Assembly: GCA_007378955.1 (NCBI GenBank) | Contig: VMGY01000001.1 | Span: 38,804 to 102,803 of the forward strand | DNA from: Parcubacteria group bacterium Athens0714_12 | GTDB lineage: Bacteria; Patescibacteriota; Patescibacteriia; UBA2591; VMGY01 | Length of the DNA: 64,000 bases | Direction of reading: 5' to 3' | Shown: one piece after another, positions 45,565 to 55,173 of the stretch | Layout: each line of letters opens with the position of its first letter | Numbering within the stretch: the first letter of the stretch is position 1 | Made by a program: the position numbers and the translations under genes | Notes under the pieces: generated by a model | Told to the model about the DNA's origin: nothing | What the model saw: only the letters and a program-made list of their open reading frames with translations | Database searches by the model: none

Positions 45565-46672
45565 TTAAAAGGCAAGTTTATTTTTTTTCAAATACGCCTC
45601 TATAAAATCTTCCAATCCTCCTTCTAAAACATCTTTCGGATTTTTAGTTTCATAATTAGTCCGATGGTCTTTGACTAAATGGTATGGATGCAGAACATAG
45701 GAACGGATTTGATTGCCCCATTCCGCGCTTTTAAATTCGCCTTTGATTTTTTTTCTTTCCTCGTCTTTATGCTCTTGTTCATATTGGAATAATTTTGCTT
45801 TTAAAACTTTCAAAGCTTTTTCTTTATTCTGCCTTTGCGATCTCTCGTTTTGGCAAGAAACGGAAATTTTGGTCGGCAAATGGACTAATCTTACTGCTGA
45901 ATAAGTCGTTTGCACGCTTTGACCGCCATGGCCGGAAGCCAAAAAAGTGTCAATTCTTAAATCTTTAGAATTTATTTCAATCTCTTTTTCTTCCAACTCT
46001 TCTAATTCCGGCAAAACTTCCACCAAGGCGAAAGAAGTATGGCGCATTCTTTCCGCGTCAAAAGGCGAAATCCTGACTAAACGGTGAACCCCGGCTTCTG
46101 CCTTTAAATAACCATAAACGTATTTTCCTTTTATCTCTAAAGTCGCGCTTTTAATGCCCGCCTCACCTCCTTTTGATTGGTCCAAAATTTTTACTCCCCA
46201 TTTCTTTTTTTGGCAAAATTTCAAGTACATATTTAAAAGCATTTCCGCCCAATCCTGCGCGTCGTCTCCGCCGGCGCCGGCGTAAATGCTTAAAATCGCG
46301 TTATTTTTATCGTATTTTTGGTTAAATAAAATAAAAAATTCAAACCTCTCAAATTGTTTTTTGAGTTCATTGAATTTACTTTCTATATCTTCTCTCAAAT
46401 TAACGTTTTGGTCGTCTTCGTCCAAATTGGCGATTTCCAACAAATCATCGACTTCTTTCTTTATTTTTTCCCATTGCTCAATTTCTTCTTTTAATCCATC
46501 TAACTCTTGGCTTTTTATCTTCGCGTTTTTATTATCCCGCCAAAAATCTTTTTGACTTATTTCCGCTTCTAATTCTATTATCTTTTCTTTCTTTTTTTCA
46601 AAGTCAAAGCAACCTCCGCGCTTTTGCAATTCTTTTTTGCAAATCTTCAATTTTATTTATCAAATCCCGCAT
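45565..46672 (-). CDS. prfB: Peptide chain release factor 2, expressed via a programmed +1 frameshift
   Basis: GGQ motif and the RF2 tripeptide 'SPF'. ORF0 (ATG at 46672) runs 22 codons to CTT-TGA-C at 46609-46603, with GGAGG 3 nt upstream. The +1 frame continues into the 45565..46650 ORF as 'DFEKKKEK...'. This is the classic RF2 autoregulatory site. Confidence 0.85.
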
Positions 46673-46676
46673 AACT

Positions 46677-46901
46677 TTATTTTTTAAACATTTTATAAAT
46701 CGGTTTGATAGTAAAAATAATTGCTAAAACTAACCACCACCAAATACTCAACCAATTAGTTAAATCATAATCCCAAATAATTTTTATTCCTTTAAGCAAA
46801 ACAATCGTGAATAAAATCACGGCTAATTTCGCGCAAGATATGTCGCAACAATTCAATTTTTTAATTTTCTCGCTAATAAATTTACAACACATATTTCTCA
46901 C
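46677..46901 (-). CDS. Small Cys-rich two-TM membrane protein, translationally coupled to prfB
   Basis: 74 aa. Its stop lies 4 nt before the prfB ATG. Confidence 0.35.
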   Translation of the reverse strand: MRNMCCKFISEKIKKLNCCDISCAKLAVILFTIVLLKGIKIIWDYDLTNWLSIWWWLVLAIIFTIKPIYKMFKK

Positions 46902-47099
46902 CTCCTCTCGCCAATTTTATCTAAATTTTTGATTTGATTACAAAATTGAGCGTCCGCCGCAGCCTCTTGCCGACCGAAGCCTTGGTGAAGGCTGGTAGCG
47001 AAGGCGGACTCGCGAATTATTCACGAATTAACACAAATTAGTACAAATTAAATTATTATATTCGTAATAATTCGCGGAAATTTGTACTAATTCGCGATT

Positions 47100-48353
47100 T
47101 TATTTTCTCTCCTCCAATTTCGCTTTTACTTTTTTCTCTTTTCCTTTGCTTAAAATTTTTAATTCTATTTCATCGCCCGGCTTGTATTTAGAAATTTCTT
47201 TCGCCAAGGAACGTTTTTCATTTATTTTTTGGCCGTTAACTTCCAAAATTATGTCATTTTCCAATAAGCCTGCTTTGTCGGCCGGACTGCCGGGAATAAC
47301 CGCCAAATCAACGGCATTCTGGCCTCTCTGAATTAAGGCGCCATAATTCACTGAAAGATTATTCGCCTTGGCAATCGCCTCATTGATAATTAAATATCTG
47401 ACACCCAAATACGGCCTGACTATTCTACCGTATTTTTTAACGTTCTCAATTACTGCTTTTGCCTCATTAACCGGAATGGCAAAACCAATCAATTGTCCGC
47501 TTTGCGAAACAGCGGTATTAATGCCGATTACCTTGCCATTTAAATCAATAAGCGGCCCCCCTGAATTGCCTGGATTAATCGCCGCGTCTGTCTGGATTAC
47601 ATTTTCCAAAGTTTCGCTTCTGCCTAAAGTATCGCCGGCGACAATCGTCCGCCCAATACCGGAAATCACGCCCTGCGTCACCGTGTTTCTATACTCACCT
47701 AAAGCATTGCCAATCGCCACTACTGTCTGGCCTGCTTGCAATTTATCAGAATCGCCCAATTCCACGGGAATTAAATTTTTCGCTTCCACTTTAATGATAG
47801 CAATATCGTTTGTCGGGTCAACGGCCAAAATTTCGGCTTTGTATTTTTCACCGTCATTGGTTACTATGGTGTATTCCGCTTCTTCATCGCTGACGACATG
47901 TTTATTAGTCAAAACCATGCCATCTTGGGAGATTATAAATCCACTGCCCCAGCCGACTTCTTCTTTTTCTGTCTTTTGTTCTACTCTTGGCGTATAAAAT
48001 CTAAACGGGGAGCCATATCCGCCAAAAAAATCGTCATTAAAAAAATCTTCGGGAGAAGAAGGACTCTGATAATATTTAGTAACATCTTTAGTAATGACAA
48101 TACTGACCACTGAAGGAGAAATCTTTTTCACCGCTTTTATCGTGGAAGATTCTTCTATTTTAATTGAGTTATCGGAAACCGGAACCTCTTTGACGATTTT
48201 TTGAAACATCGGCGGCAAAGAATTCGGCAAATAATTGGAAAGATAGCTGCTGCCTAAAATTCCGGCAATCCCGCCGGTAAGACCGCCGACGAAAAAACTG
48301 ATAATTAAGGTAATAATAAATAATTTTTGAGGTTTTAAATTTTGGTTGTCCAT
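47100..48353 (-). CDS. htrA: HtrA/DegP-family serine protease (trypsin domain + PDZ)
   Basis: 'LTNKHVV' (His), 'DIAII' (Asp), 'GNSGGPL' (Ser), and a PDZ domain. It has an N-terminal TM helix. Confidence 0.9.
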   Translation of the reverse strand: MDNQNLKPQKLFIITLIISFFVGGLTGGIAGILGSSYLSNYLPNSLPPMFQKIVKEVPVSDNSIKIEESSTIKAVKKISPSVVSIVITKDVTKYYQSPSSPEDFFNDDFFGGYGSPFRFYTPRVEQKTEKEEVGWGSGFIISQDGMVLTNKHVVSDEEAEYTIVTNDGEKYKAEILAVDPTNDIAIIKVEAKNLIPVELGDSDKLQAGQTVVAIGNALGEYRNTVTQGVISGIGRTIVAGDTLGRSETLENVIQTDAAINPGNSGGPLIDLNGKVIGINTAVSQSGQLIGFAIPVNEAKAVIENVKKYGRIVRPYLGVRYLIINEAIAKANNLSVNYGALIQRGQNAVDLAVIPGSPADKAGLLENDIILEVNGQKINEKRSLAKEISKYKPGDEIELKILSKGKEKKVKAKLEERK

Positions 48354-48412
48354 AAAACTTTATTTAATCCCTAAATGTATAATGAGATGGTTGTAAAACT
48401 CTTTTTTCTATT

Positions 48413-48790
48413 TTATTTGGCATTTATAATATTGGGATTATTCAGAAACATTTCCGCTCCCGGGAGCTTTTGCAAAGTTTCAAACAAATTTTTCTGCTGT
48501 CCGCCCAATTCCTGGATAAGTTCTTGATAGGGCGCGATAAAATTCTGAATCAATGGCGGCAAATAAATCAACCCGATAACAAAAATGGCGATAATCACCA
48601 AAACTTTAATTATCCTCCAAATCCTTTGCCAAAAAATATAACTGTAAATAAATTTAACTTGTTTTTTTATTTCTTCAATAGATTCTGAATTTTTTAGCAA
48701 AAGTTCTTTTATTTCTTCTGAAGTTGAATTATTTTCATTGTTATTAGCCATAATTTTAATTATTTTATAAACGAACTTCTGTATTTTCAA
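48413..48790 (-). CDS. Hypothetical membrane protein
   Basis: 125 aa with one TM helix. Confidence 0.3.
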   Translation of the reverse strand: MKIQKFVYKIIKIMANNNENNSTSEEIKELLLKNSESIEEIKKQVKFIYSYIFWQRIWRIIKVLVIIAIFVIGLIYLPPLIQNFIAPYQELIQELGGQQKNLFETLQKLPGAEMFLNNPNIINAK

Positions 48791-49514
48791 CGAATTTTTT
48801 CGCCGCCTTTTGCATCTCTTTTAATTTGCTCTCGGCGTATGGCTTAATTTTTTTATATTCTTCTTTCAAAACGCTTTCTTTCGGATTAAACTGCTGTAAA
48901 ACAAATTTTTTTGCCCCTTTTAGAAATTTAGCTATTTTTATTATATCATTTTTAGTCAAAATTGGAACAATGGTAGTTTTAAATTCATAGTCAATGCTTG
49001 AATTTTTGATTATGCCAATACTTTCTTTTATCTTTTTTAAATTTACTTTTACGCCTGTTAATTCGTCGTATTTATTTGGTTGTAGGTTGTGAGTTGTAAG
49101 TTGTGAGTTGTAAGTTGTTAATTGTAAGTTATCTACTGGCGCTTTTATATCCATCGCGACAAAATTTAATAATTTTTCTTTAATCATTTTTTTCAACATC
49201 TCCGGGTTACTGCCATTAGTTTCTATCCCAATTAAAAATTTTAATTTTTTAACTTTTTTAATAAAATTTTGTAACCCCTTTTTTAAAGTCGGTTCTCCAC
49301 CGGTAATTATTATTCCGTCTAAAAGTTTTTTTCTTGTTTTTAAAAAATCTAGAATTTCCCCCTCTTTAAATGAAGGCAATTTTTCTGAATTTAAAACTAA
49401 ATCTTTATTATAGCACCAAGGGCAGCGCCAATTGCATCCCCCTACCCACAAAACCGAAACAATCTTGCCCGGATATTCAATTAATGATGTCTTTTGCCAA
49501 CCGCGAAAAATCAT
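48765..49514 (-). CDS. nrdG: Anaerobic ribonucleotide reductase activating protein (radical SAM), containing an in-frame heptanucleotide STR
   Basis: 'GCNWRCPWCYN'. It overlaps nrdD by 4 nt. (GTTGTRA)x~7 at 49078..49130 encodes 'NLQLTTYNSQLTTHNLQ'. Confidence 0.8.
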   Translation of the reverse strand: MIFRGWQKTSLIEYPGKIVSVLWVGGCNWRCPWCYNKDLVLNSEKLPSFKEGEILDFLKTRKKLLDGIIITGGEPTLKKGLQNFIKKVKKLKFLIGIETNGSNPEMLKKMIKEKLLNFVAMDIKAPVDNLQLTTYNSQLTTHNLQPNKYDELTGVKVNLKKIKESIGIIKNSSIDYEFKTTIVPILTKNDIIKIAKFLKGAKKFVLQQFNPKESVLKEEYKKIKPYAESKLKEMQKAAKKFVENTEVRL

Positions 49515-51631
49515 TTATTAAAAGTAGGCTGCGGAGTTTCTATCTTATATGTTTTGCGTTCGCGAAATTCCTGCTGTTTTCCAATATTATATTGGGACAC
49601 GGGCCTAAGGTAGCCGACGACGCGCGAATACACTTCGCAAGGCTGTTTAAAAGCGCATTTTGGGCAATCAAAATGTTCGCCTGCTATATAGCCATGCGTC
49701 GGACAAATAGAAAAAGTCGGGGTTAAAGTAATATAAGCTAAATGAAAATTTTCAAAAATCTTTTTGACTAAATTTTTTACCGCCCGCACATTGTAAATTT
49801 TTTCCCCTAAAAATAAATGCATTACCGTGCCTCCCGTGTATTTGCATTGCAAATCATCTTGAAGCTTTAACGCCTCAAAAACATCGTCAGTATAATTAAC
49901 CGGTAATTGTGTTGAATTCGTGTAAAATGGAATTTCTCTGGTGCCCGAGGTAATAATATCCGAATACCTTTCCTTGTCTGCTTTCGCTTGGCGATAACTC
50001 GTTCCTTCGGCGGGCGTCGCTTCAAGATTATAAAGATGCCCTGTTTCTTCCTGATATTTTACCAGCGCGTCTCTCATATAATCCAAAACTTCCAAAGAAA
50101 AATTCCTGCCTTCCTCCGCGCCAATATCCTTGCCGATAAAATTAAGAGACGCTTCATTCATGCCGATTAAGCCAATCGTGGAAAAATGATTGCCATAATA
50201 TGTATTTCTTATCTTTTTAATTGAAGATAGATAATGCTTAGAGTAGGGATAAAGCCCTTTTTCCATAAAATTATCTAGAGTCTTTCTCTTGATTTCCAGG
50301 CTTTCTTTTGCCAAATCCATCAGACGTTTTAATCTTTCAAAAAATTCATTTTTTGATTTTGATAAATAGCCGATTCTTGGCATATTGATTGTCACCACGC
50401 CGATACTTCCCGTGAGCGGCGCTGAGCCAAAAAGTCCGCCGCCTCTTTTATAAAGCTCTTTATTCGAAAGACGAAGTCTGCAGCACATACTGCGAAAATC
50501 TTCTGGGTTCATGTCTGACTTAACAAAATTTTGAAAATAATTTACGCCATATTTTGCCGTCGCCTCCCACATTGCTTCCAAAGCGGGGTTATCCCAATTA
50601 AAATCATCTCCAATTGATACTGTCGGAATAGGAAAAGTAAATGGCCTTCCTTTGGCGTCGCCTTCCATTAAACATTCATAAAAAGCGCGGTTAAACATAT
50701 TCATTTCTTCCTGAAACTCGCCATAAGTCTCTTCTTTTGCTTCGCCGCCGATAACAACTGGTTGTTCGGCTAAAAACTTTGGCGGTTTTATGTCCAAGCT
50801 TACATTTAAGAATGGCGTCTGAAAGCCGGTTCTCGTGGGCACCGAACAATTAAAAAGAAATTCCTGCATTGCTTGCTTTACTTGATGATAACTCAAGTCA
50901 TCGTATTTTATAAAAGGAGCTAAAAGAGTATCAAAATTTGATACGGCCTGAGCGCCAGCGTTCTCCCCTTGCAATGTATAAAAAAAATTAACAAGCTGGC
51001 CTAAAGCGGTTTTAAAATGTTTTGCCGGCTTTGATTCAATTTTTGCCGCCACGCCGCCAAATCCTCTTATTAATAAATCATAAAGATCCCATCCCATGCA
51101 ATAACAGCTGATGGTGTCTAAATTATGAATATGGAAATCTTCATTTATCGCCGCTTCCCTTATTTCCTTGGGATAAATTTTATTCAGCCAATATTTTTTG
51201 GCAGCCGATGAAATTATATACTGATTTAATCCCTGCAAAGAGTAAGTCATATTGGCGTTTTCGTGAACCTGCCAATCTAACTCTTGAATATATTTATCTA
51301 CTAATTTCGTGGACTCGTCAATCGCCGCCGCCGATTCTCTAATCCTTCTTCTTTGTTCTCGATATAAAATATAAGCCTTGGCAGTTTCTAATAAGCCTTC
51401 TGAAATTAAAACATCTTCCACGATATTCTGGATTTGTTCCACTTGGGGTATTTCCCCATCTTTAAATTTACTCTCTGCGATCTGCGATACTTTATTAGAT
51501 AATTCTTTTGATTTTTCTCCATCCCCTTGATTAGTGGCTGTGAGGGCTTTAAAAATAGCATTAGTAATTTTTTCTTGGTCAAAACTGGCAATTTGGCCGT
51601 TTCTTTTTTTTATTTCCTTGATTATCGCCAT
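49511..51631 (-). CDS. nrdD: Anaerobic (class III) ribonucleoside-triphosphate reductase
   Basis: N-terminal ATP cone, a C-terminal Zn ribbon 'CPTHG...CPKC', and the glycyl-radical motif 'RVVGYL'. Confidence 0.9.
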   Translation of the reverse strand: MAIIKEIKKRNGQIASFDQEKITNAIFKALTATNQGDGEKSKELSNKVSQIAESKFKDGEIPQVEQIQNIVEDVLISEGLLETAKAYILYREQRRRIRESAAAIDESTKLVDKYIQELDWQVHENANMTYSLQGLNQYIISSAAKKYWLNKIYPKEIREAAINEDFHIHNLDTISCYCMGWDLYDLLIRGFGGVAAKIESKPAKHFKTALGQLVNFFYTLQGENAGAQAVSNFDTLLAPFIKYDDLSYHQVKQAMQEFLFNCSVPTRTGFQTPFLNVSLDIKPPKFLAEQPVVIGGEAKEETYGEFQEEMNMFNRAFYECLMEGDAKGRPFTFPIPTVSIGDDFNWDNPALEAMWEATAKYGVNYFQNFVKSDMNPEDFRSMCCRLRLSNKELYKRGGGLFGSAPLTGSIGVVTINMPRIGYLSKSKNEFFERLKRLMDLAKESLEIKRKTLDNFMEKGLYPYSKHYLSSIKKIRNTYYGNHFSTIGLIGMNEASLNFIGKDIGAEEGRNFSLEVLDYMRDALVKYQEETGHLYNLEATPAEGTSYRQAKADKERYSDIITSGTREIPFYTNSTQLPVNYTDDVFEALKLQDDLQCKYTGGTVMHLFLGEKIYNVRAVKNLVKKIFENFHLAYITLTPTFSICPTHGYIAGEHFDCPKCAFKQPCEVYSRVVGYLRPVSQYNIGKQQEFRERKTYKIETPQPTFNK

Positions 51632-51697
51632 AGCTTAAAATATCTAATAATAAATTTTAGTTTCTAATAAAACATCTTTTTTTAAAACGCGAAAAAA

Positions 51698-52825
51698 TTA
51701 CATCATTTTTTTTCTGATAAAAGCGGGGATATCCAATTCTTTATCTTCATCTGTTTTTTCTTCATTAAAAATTATTTGCTTAAGAGCTTCTTTTTTTTCA
51801 AAAAAATGAGAATTTTTTAAATTTATAATCGGCTTTTCTTCTTCTATTAATAATTTTTCTTTCTTAAAAAAATCTTTTCCAAAGCCCGTGGCAATGACCG
51901 TGATTTTTATATCATTCTTTAAAGATTCGTCGATTACCGCGCCAAAAATAATTTTAGCGTTAGAATCGGAATTTTCCGTAATCACTTTAGCCGCTTCTTC
52001 AACTTCGTGCATCGTTAAATCTTTTCCGCCGGTAACAGTAAATAAAATTCCTTTCGCGCCTTCAATAGAAAGTTCTAAAAGAGGACTGCTAATCGCCTGT
52101 TTTGCCGCCTCAACCGCCCTATTTTCGCCTGACGCTTTGCCAATTCCCATTAAAGCGCTGCCAGCGTCTTTCATAATTGCTTTAACATCAGCAAAGTCTA
52201 CGTTAATTAATCCGGGAATAGTAATAATTTCAGAAATACCTTGCACTCCTTGCCTCAAAACATCATCCACTATTTTAAAAGCGTCTAATAAGGAAGTTTT
52301 TTTATCCACGATTTGCAAAATTCTATCATTAGGAATTGTAATAATAGCATCCACTTTTTCTCTCAATTCTTCCCATGCTTTTTCAGCTATTTCAATTCTT
52401 TGCGCTCCTTCAAAAGAAAATGGCTTGGTAATCACTGCGATAGTCAAAGCGCCTAAGTCGCGGGCAATTTCCGCGATAACAGAAGAAGCGCCGGAACAAG
52501 TTCCTCCTCCCAAGCCACCAGTAATAAAAACCATATCCGCCCCCTTTAAAGCGTCATTGACTTCGCTTTCATTTTCTTCGGCGGATTTACGGCCCAATTC
52601 CGGATTCATCCCCGCACCCAAACCGCGAGTTGTATTTTTACCGATATGTATTTTTTTAGGAGCCGGAATATGATGCAAAGCCTGGGCATCAGTATTTATC
52701 ACCACAAACTCCACCCCCCTGATTTTTGACTGAATCATTCTTGAAATAGCCGCGCCTCCACCTCCCCCCACGCCAACTACTTTAATTTTAGCGAAAGTTT
52801 CTAAATTTGGCTTCACTTCTGGCAT
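51698..52825 (-). CDS. ftsZ: Cell division GTPase FtsZ
   Basis: 'GGGTCSGASSVIAEIA' tubulin signature. Confidence 0.95.
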   Translation of the reverse strand: MPEVKPNLETFAKIKVVGVGGGGGAAISRMIQSKIRGVEFVVINTDAQALHHIPAPKKIHIGKNTTRGLGAGMNPELGRKSAEENESEVNDALKGADMVFITGGLGGGTCSGASSVIAEIARDLGALTIAVITKPFSFEGAQRIEIAEKAWEELREKVDAIITIPNDRILQIVDKKTSLLDAFKIVDDVLRQGVQGISEIITIPGLINVDFADVKAIMKDAGSALMGIGKASGENRAVEAAKQAISSPLLELSIEGAKGILFTVTGGKDLTMHEVEEAAKVITENSDSNAKIIFGAVIDESLKNDIKITVIATGFGKDFFKKEKLLIEEEKPIINLKNSHFFEKKEALKQIIFNEEKTDEDKELDIPAFIRKKMM

Positions 52826-52950
52826 ATAAATAGTTTTAAATTTAATATTTCATTATATTAGACCTACTGCATAATAATTATGCAATAGGTCTAATTTTAA
52901 AATCCTAAACTTTTACTGCTTGCAATTTGTCTAGGATTTTAAAATTATTT

Positions 52951-54180
52951 TTACGGTATTAATTTTTTAAACAATTTTTTTATTATTTTTGATATTTTAT
53001 TGCTTAATTTGGCTAAAAATTTTACCTCGCCGGTTGTTTTTTCTGTTTGCGCTCCCCATAAAACCAATCCTAAGGCGCAAGAAAATATTGGGTCGTAAAT
53101 TTTATCAACAGCGCTAATTACGTTTTGATTTACCCCCAAACTAGCCGGTAACTTAAATTCTTCCTTTGCTATTTCAATTATGCCTTCTAATTTGCTTCCG
53201 CCGCCGGTTAAAACTATTCCTGCTGGCAGTTTACCACTTCTGCTGATTCTATGCAATTCTTGATCAGCCATTTTAAAAATTTCTTCTATTCTGGCTCCAA
53301 TAATTTCTCCTATCTGCCTTTTGGAAATTATGCCATTTTCATTTTCATCTATTTCATTTAAATTAATCTCGCCTCTCCTTCCTCCGCGCCAAAGAGAAGA
53401 CGAACCATAAAGCAATTTTATCTTTTCAGCCATTTCTATTGAAGTTTTCAGACCAATGGCAATATCTGACGTGATATGATTGCCGCCTACCGGCAAAACT
53501 TTAGCCGTTAAAAGGTCTCCTTCTTCAAAAACCGCCAAACTAGTGGTGGCGCCGCCTAAATCTATCACCGCCGCGCCCAATTCTTTTTGCTTTTTATTTA
53601 AAACTGCCTCGCTGGTGGCAATAATAGAAAAAACCAAATCCTCTATTTCCAAACCAGTCCGATAAATTACTTTGGTTAAATTTTTTACTTGATTTGACAA
53701 TCCTTCAATTATTTCCGCTTCAACCTCTAATCTTATTCCTGCCATGCCAAGGGGATCTTTTATTCCGGATTGATTATCGATCGTGAAAGACTTTGGAATG
53801 ACATGCAAAATTTCATAATTAGGAGGAGTGGCCACTGCTTGGGCCGCTTCCAATACTCTTTCTATATCTTCCTCTTTTATTTCACCGTCAGCTTTAGAGA
53901 TGGTGACAACTCCCTTAGTTTCTTGCGAGGTAATATGATTTCCTGAAATTCCCACGTAAGCCTTTTCCAAAGGGACGCCGATCATTCTTTCCATTTTTTC
54001 CAAGCAAGCGGAAATGCTGGATACCGCGTCTTCAACGCTGCTAATTGTCCCTTTACTCACTCCCTCGGATTGTTTTTCCGTAGCGCCGATAATATGAATT
54101 TTATCTTCCAATAATTGAGCCGCTACCGCCTTTATAGCGGTAGTTCCTATATCCAAACCAATGATAACTTTTTCTTTCAT
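52951..54180 (-). CDS. ftsA: Cell division protein FtsA
   Basis: Actin-like fold with 'IGLDIGTTAIK' and 'VIDLGGATT'. Confidence 0.9.
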   Translation of the reverse strand: MKEKVIIGLDIGTTAIKAVAAQLLEDKIHIIGATEKQSEGVSKGTISSVEDAVSSISACLEKMERMIGVPLEKAYVGISGNHITSQETKGVVTISKADGEIKEEDIERVLEAAQAVATPPNYEILHVIPKSFTIDNQSGIKDPLGMAGIRLEVEAEIIEGLSNQVKNLTKVIYRTGLEIEDLVFSIIATSEAVLNKKQKELGAAVIDLGGATTSLAVFEEGDLLTAKVLPVGGNHITSDIAIGLKTSIEMAEKIKLLYGSSSLWRGGRRGEINLNEIDENENGIISKRQIGEIIGARIEEIFKMADQELHRISRSGKLPAGIVLTGGGSKLEGIIEIAKEEFKLPASLGVNQNVISAVDKIYDPIFSCALGLVLWGAQTEKTTGEVKFLAKLSNKISKIIKKLFKKLIP

Positions 54181-54243
54181 ATAATATTATTATACAAAAA
54201 ATTTAATTAATATAAAAGCGCAAATAAAAAAATAAAAATTTAT

Positions 54244-54600
54244 TTAAAAAAAATACGGCATAAAAATCAACAAACCTATGATTATCGCGGCAATCGTCGC
54301 GATTAAAACCGTCCCCGCTAAAATATCTTTTATGTCTTTTATATAATGATGAATTCTAGGTTTTAAAATGTCGCTTAATTTTTCAAAAACAGTATTAATC
54401 AGCTCTAAAACCAATACGGAACTAATAACCAAAACTAAACTAATTTTTTCCCAAACTTTCAATTTAAAATAAAAAGCAAGAATTAAAACCAAAACCGCTA
54501 CGACTATTTGAAATTGAAAACTTTGCTCGTAACGAAAAGCATGGCTTAATCCCTTAAAAGCATTGTGAAAACTCTTAAAAAATCTTTTAAAATTAGCCAT
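54244..54600 (-). CDS. dgkA: Prokaryotic diacylglycerol/undecaprenol kinase family protein
   Basis: 118 aa with three TM helices. 'ELINTVFEKLSD...AGTVL' matches the DgkA pattern. Confidence 0.65.
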   Translation of the reverse strand: MANFKRFFKSFHNAFKGLSHAFRYEQSFQFQIVVAVLVLILAFYFKLKVWEKISLVLVISSVLVLELINTVFEKLSDILKPRIHHYIKDIKDILAGTVLIATIAAIIIGLLIFMPYFF

Positions 54601-54731
54601 CTTATGCTCCTTTTTTAGCCATACTTAAATAAATTCTAAATCCTAATATCTAAATCCTAAAAAAATTCTAAATTCAAATGTTCAAAATTCAAAACCCTTT
54701 TGATTATTTGGATTTTGTATTTTGAATTTGT

Positions 54732-55139
54732 TTAGGATTTCAAATTTTGTATTTCGAATTTTAACAATCTCTTCTCCAATCTCTCCATCTTTAAAGCGTC
54801 TTTTTCTTTCTGATGGTCATATCCCAATAAATGCAAAAGGCCATGAATCAATAAAATTTCTATTTCTTTTTTTATGGAATGTTTTTTCTCTTTCGCCTGC
54901 CTTTTTGCCTGTGGATAACAAATAATAATTTCCTTAACATCTTCAAAACTTAATACATCGGTGATACGATTTTTTTTTCTGTAAATTTTATTTAAATTTT
55001 TTATCGCCTTGTCCCCGACAAAAGCAATGGAAATTTCCTTGCTTTCTTTTTCCGCCATTTCTTTTAAACATTCTTTAATTATCTTTTTTATCCATCCTTT
55101 GCTAATCGACGCTTTAACTAAATTATTAATTTCAATCAT
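54732..55139 (-). CDS. ybeY: Endoribonuclease YbeY
   Basis: 'HGLLHLLGYDH' zinc motif. Confidence 0.85.
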   Translation of the reverse strand: MIEINNLVKASISKGWIKKIIKECLKEMAEKESKEISIAFVGDKAIKNLNKIYRKKNRITDVLSFEDVKEIIICYPQAKRQAKEKKHSIKKEIEILLIHGLLHLLGYDHQKEKDALKMERLEKRLLKFEIQNLKS

Positions 55140-55173
55140 TGTAATATAATACTAATCGGCGAATTTACATAAA

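Noticed and set aside
45565-46672. UGA recoding (genetic code 25, as in Gracilibacteria/SR1) as the explanation for the in-frame UGA in prfB
   Set aside because: UGA terminates many well-defined genes here. The site has the exact SD-CUU-UGA-C frameshift context, and the downstream sequence is only in frame after a +1 shift.
46925-47010. SRP (4.5S) RNA or a tRNA in the GC-rich island
   Set aside because: There is no GGAAGCAGCCAAGG-like domain IV motif and no T-loop/D-loop signature on either strand. It is kept only as an unassigned structured element.
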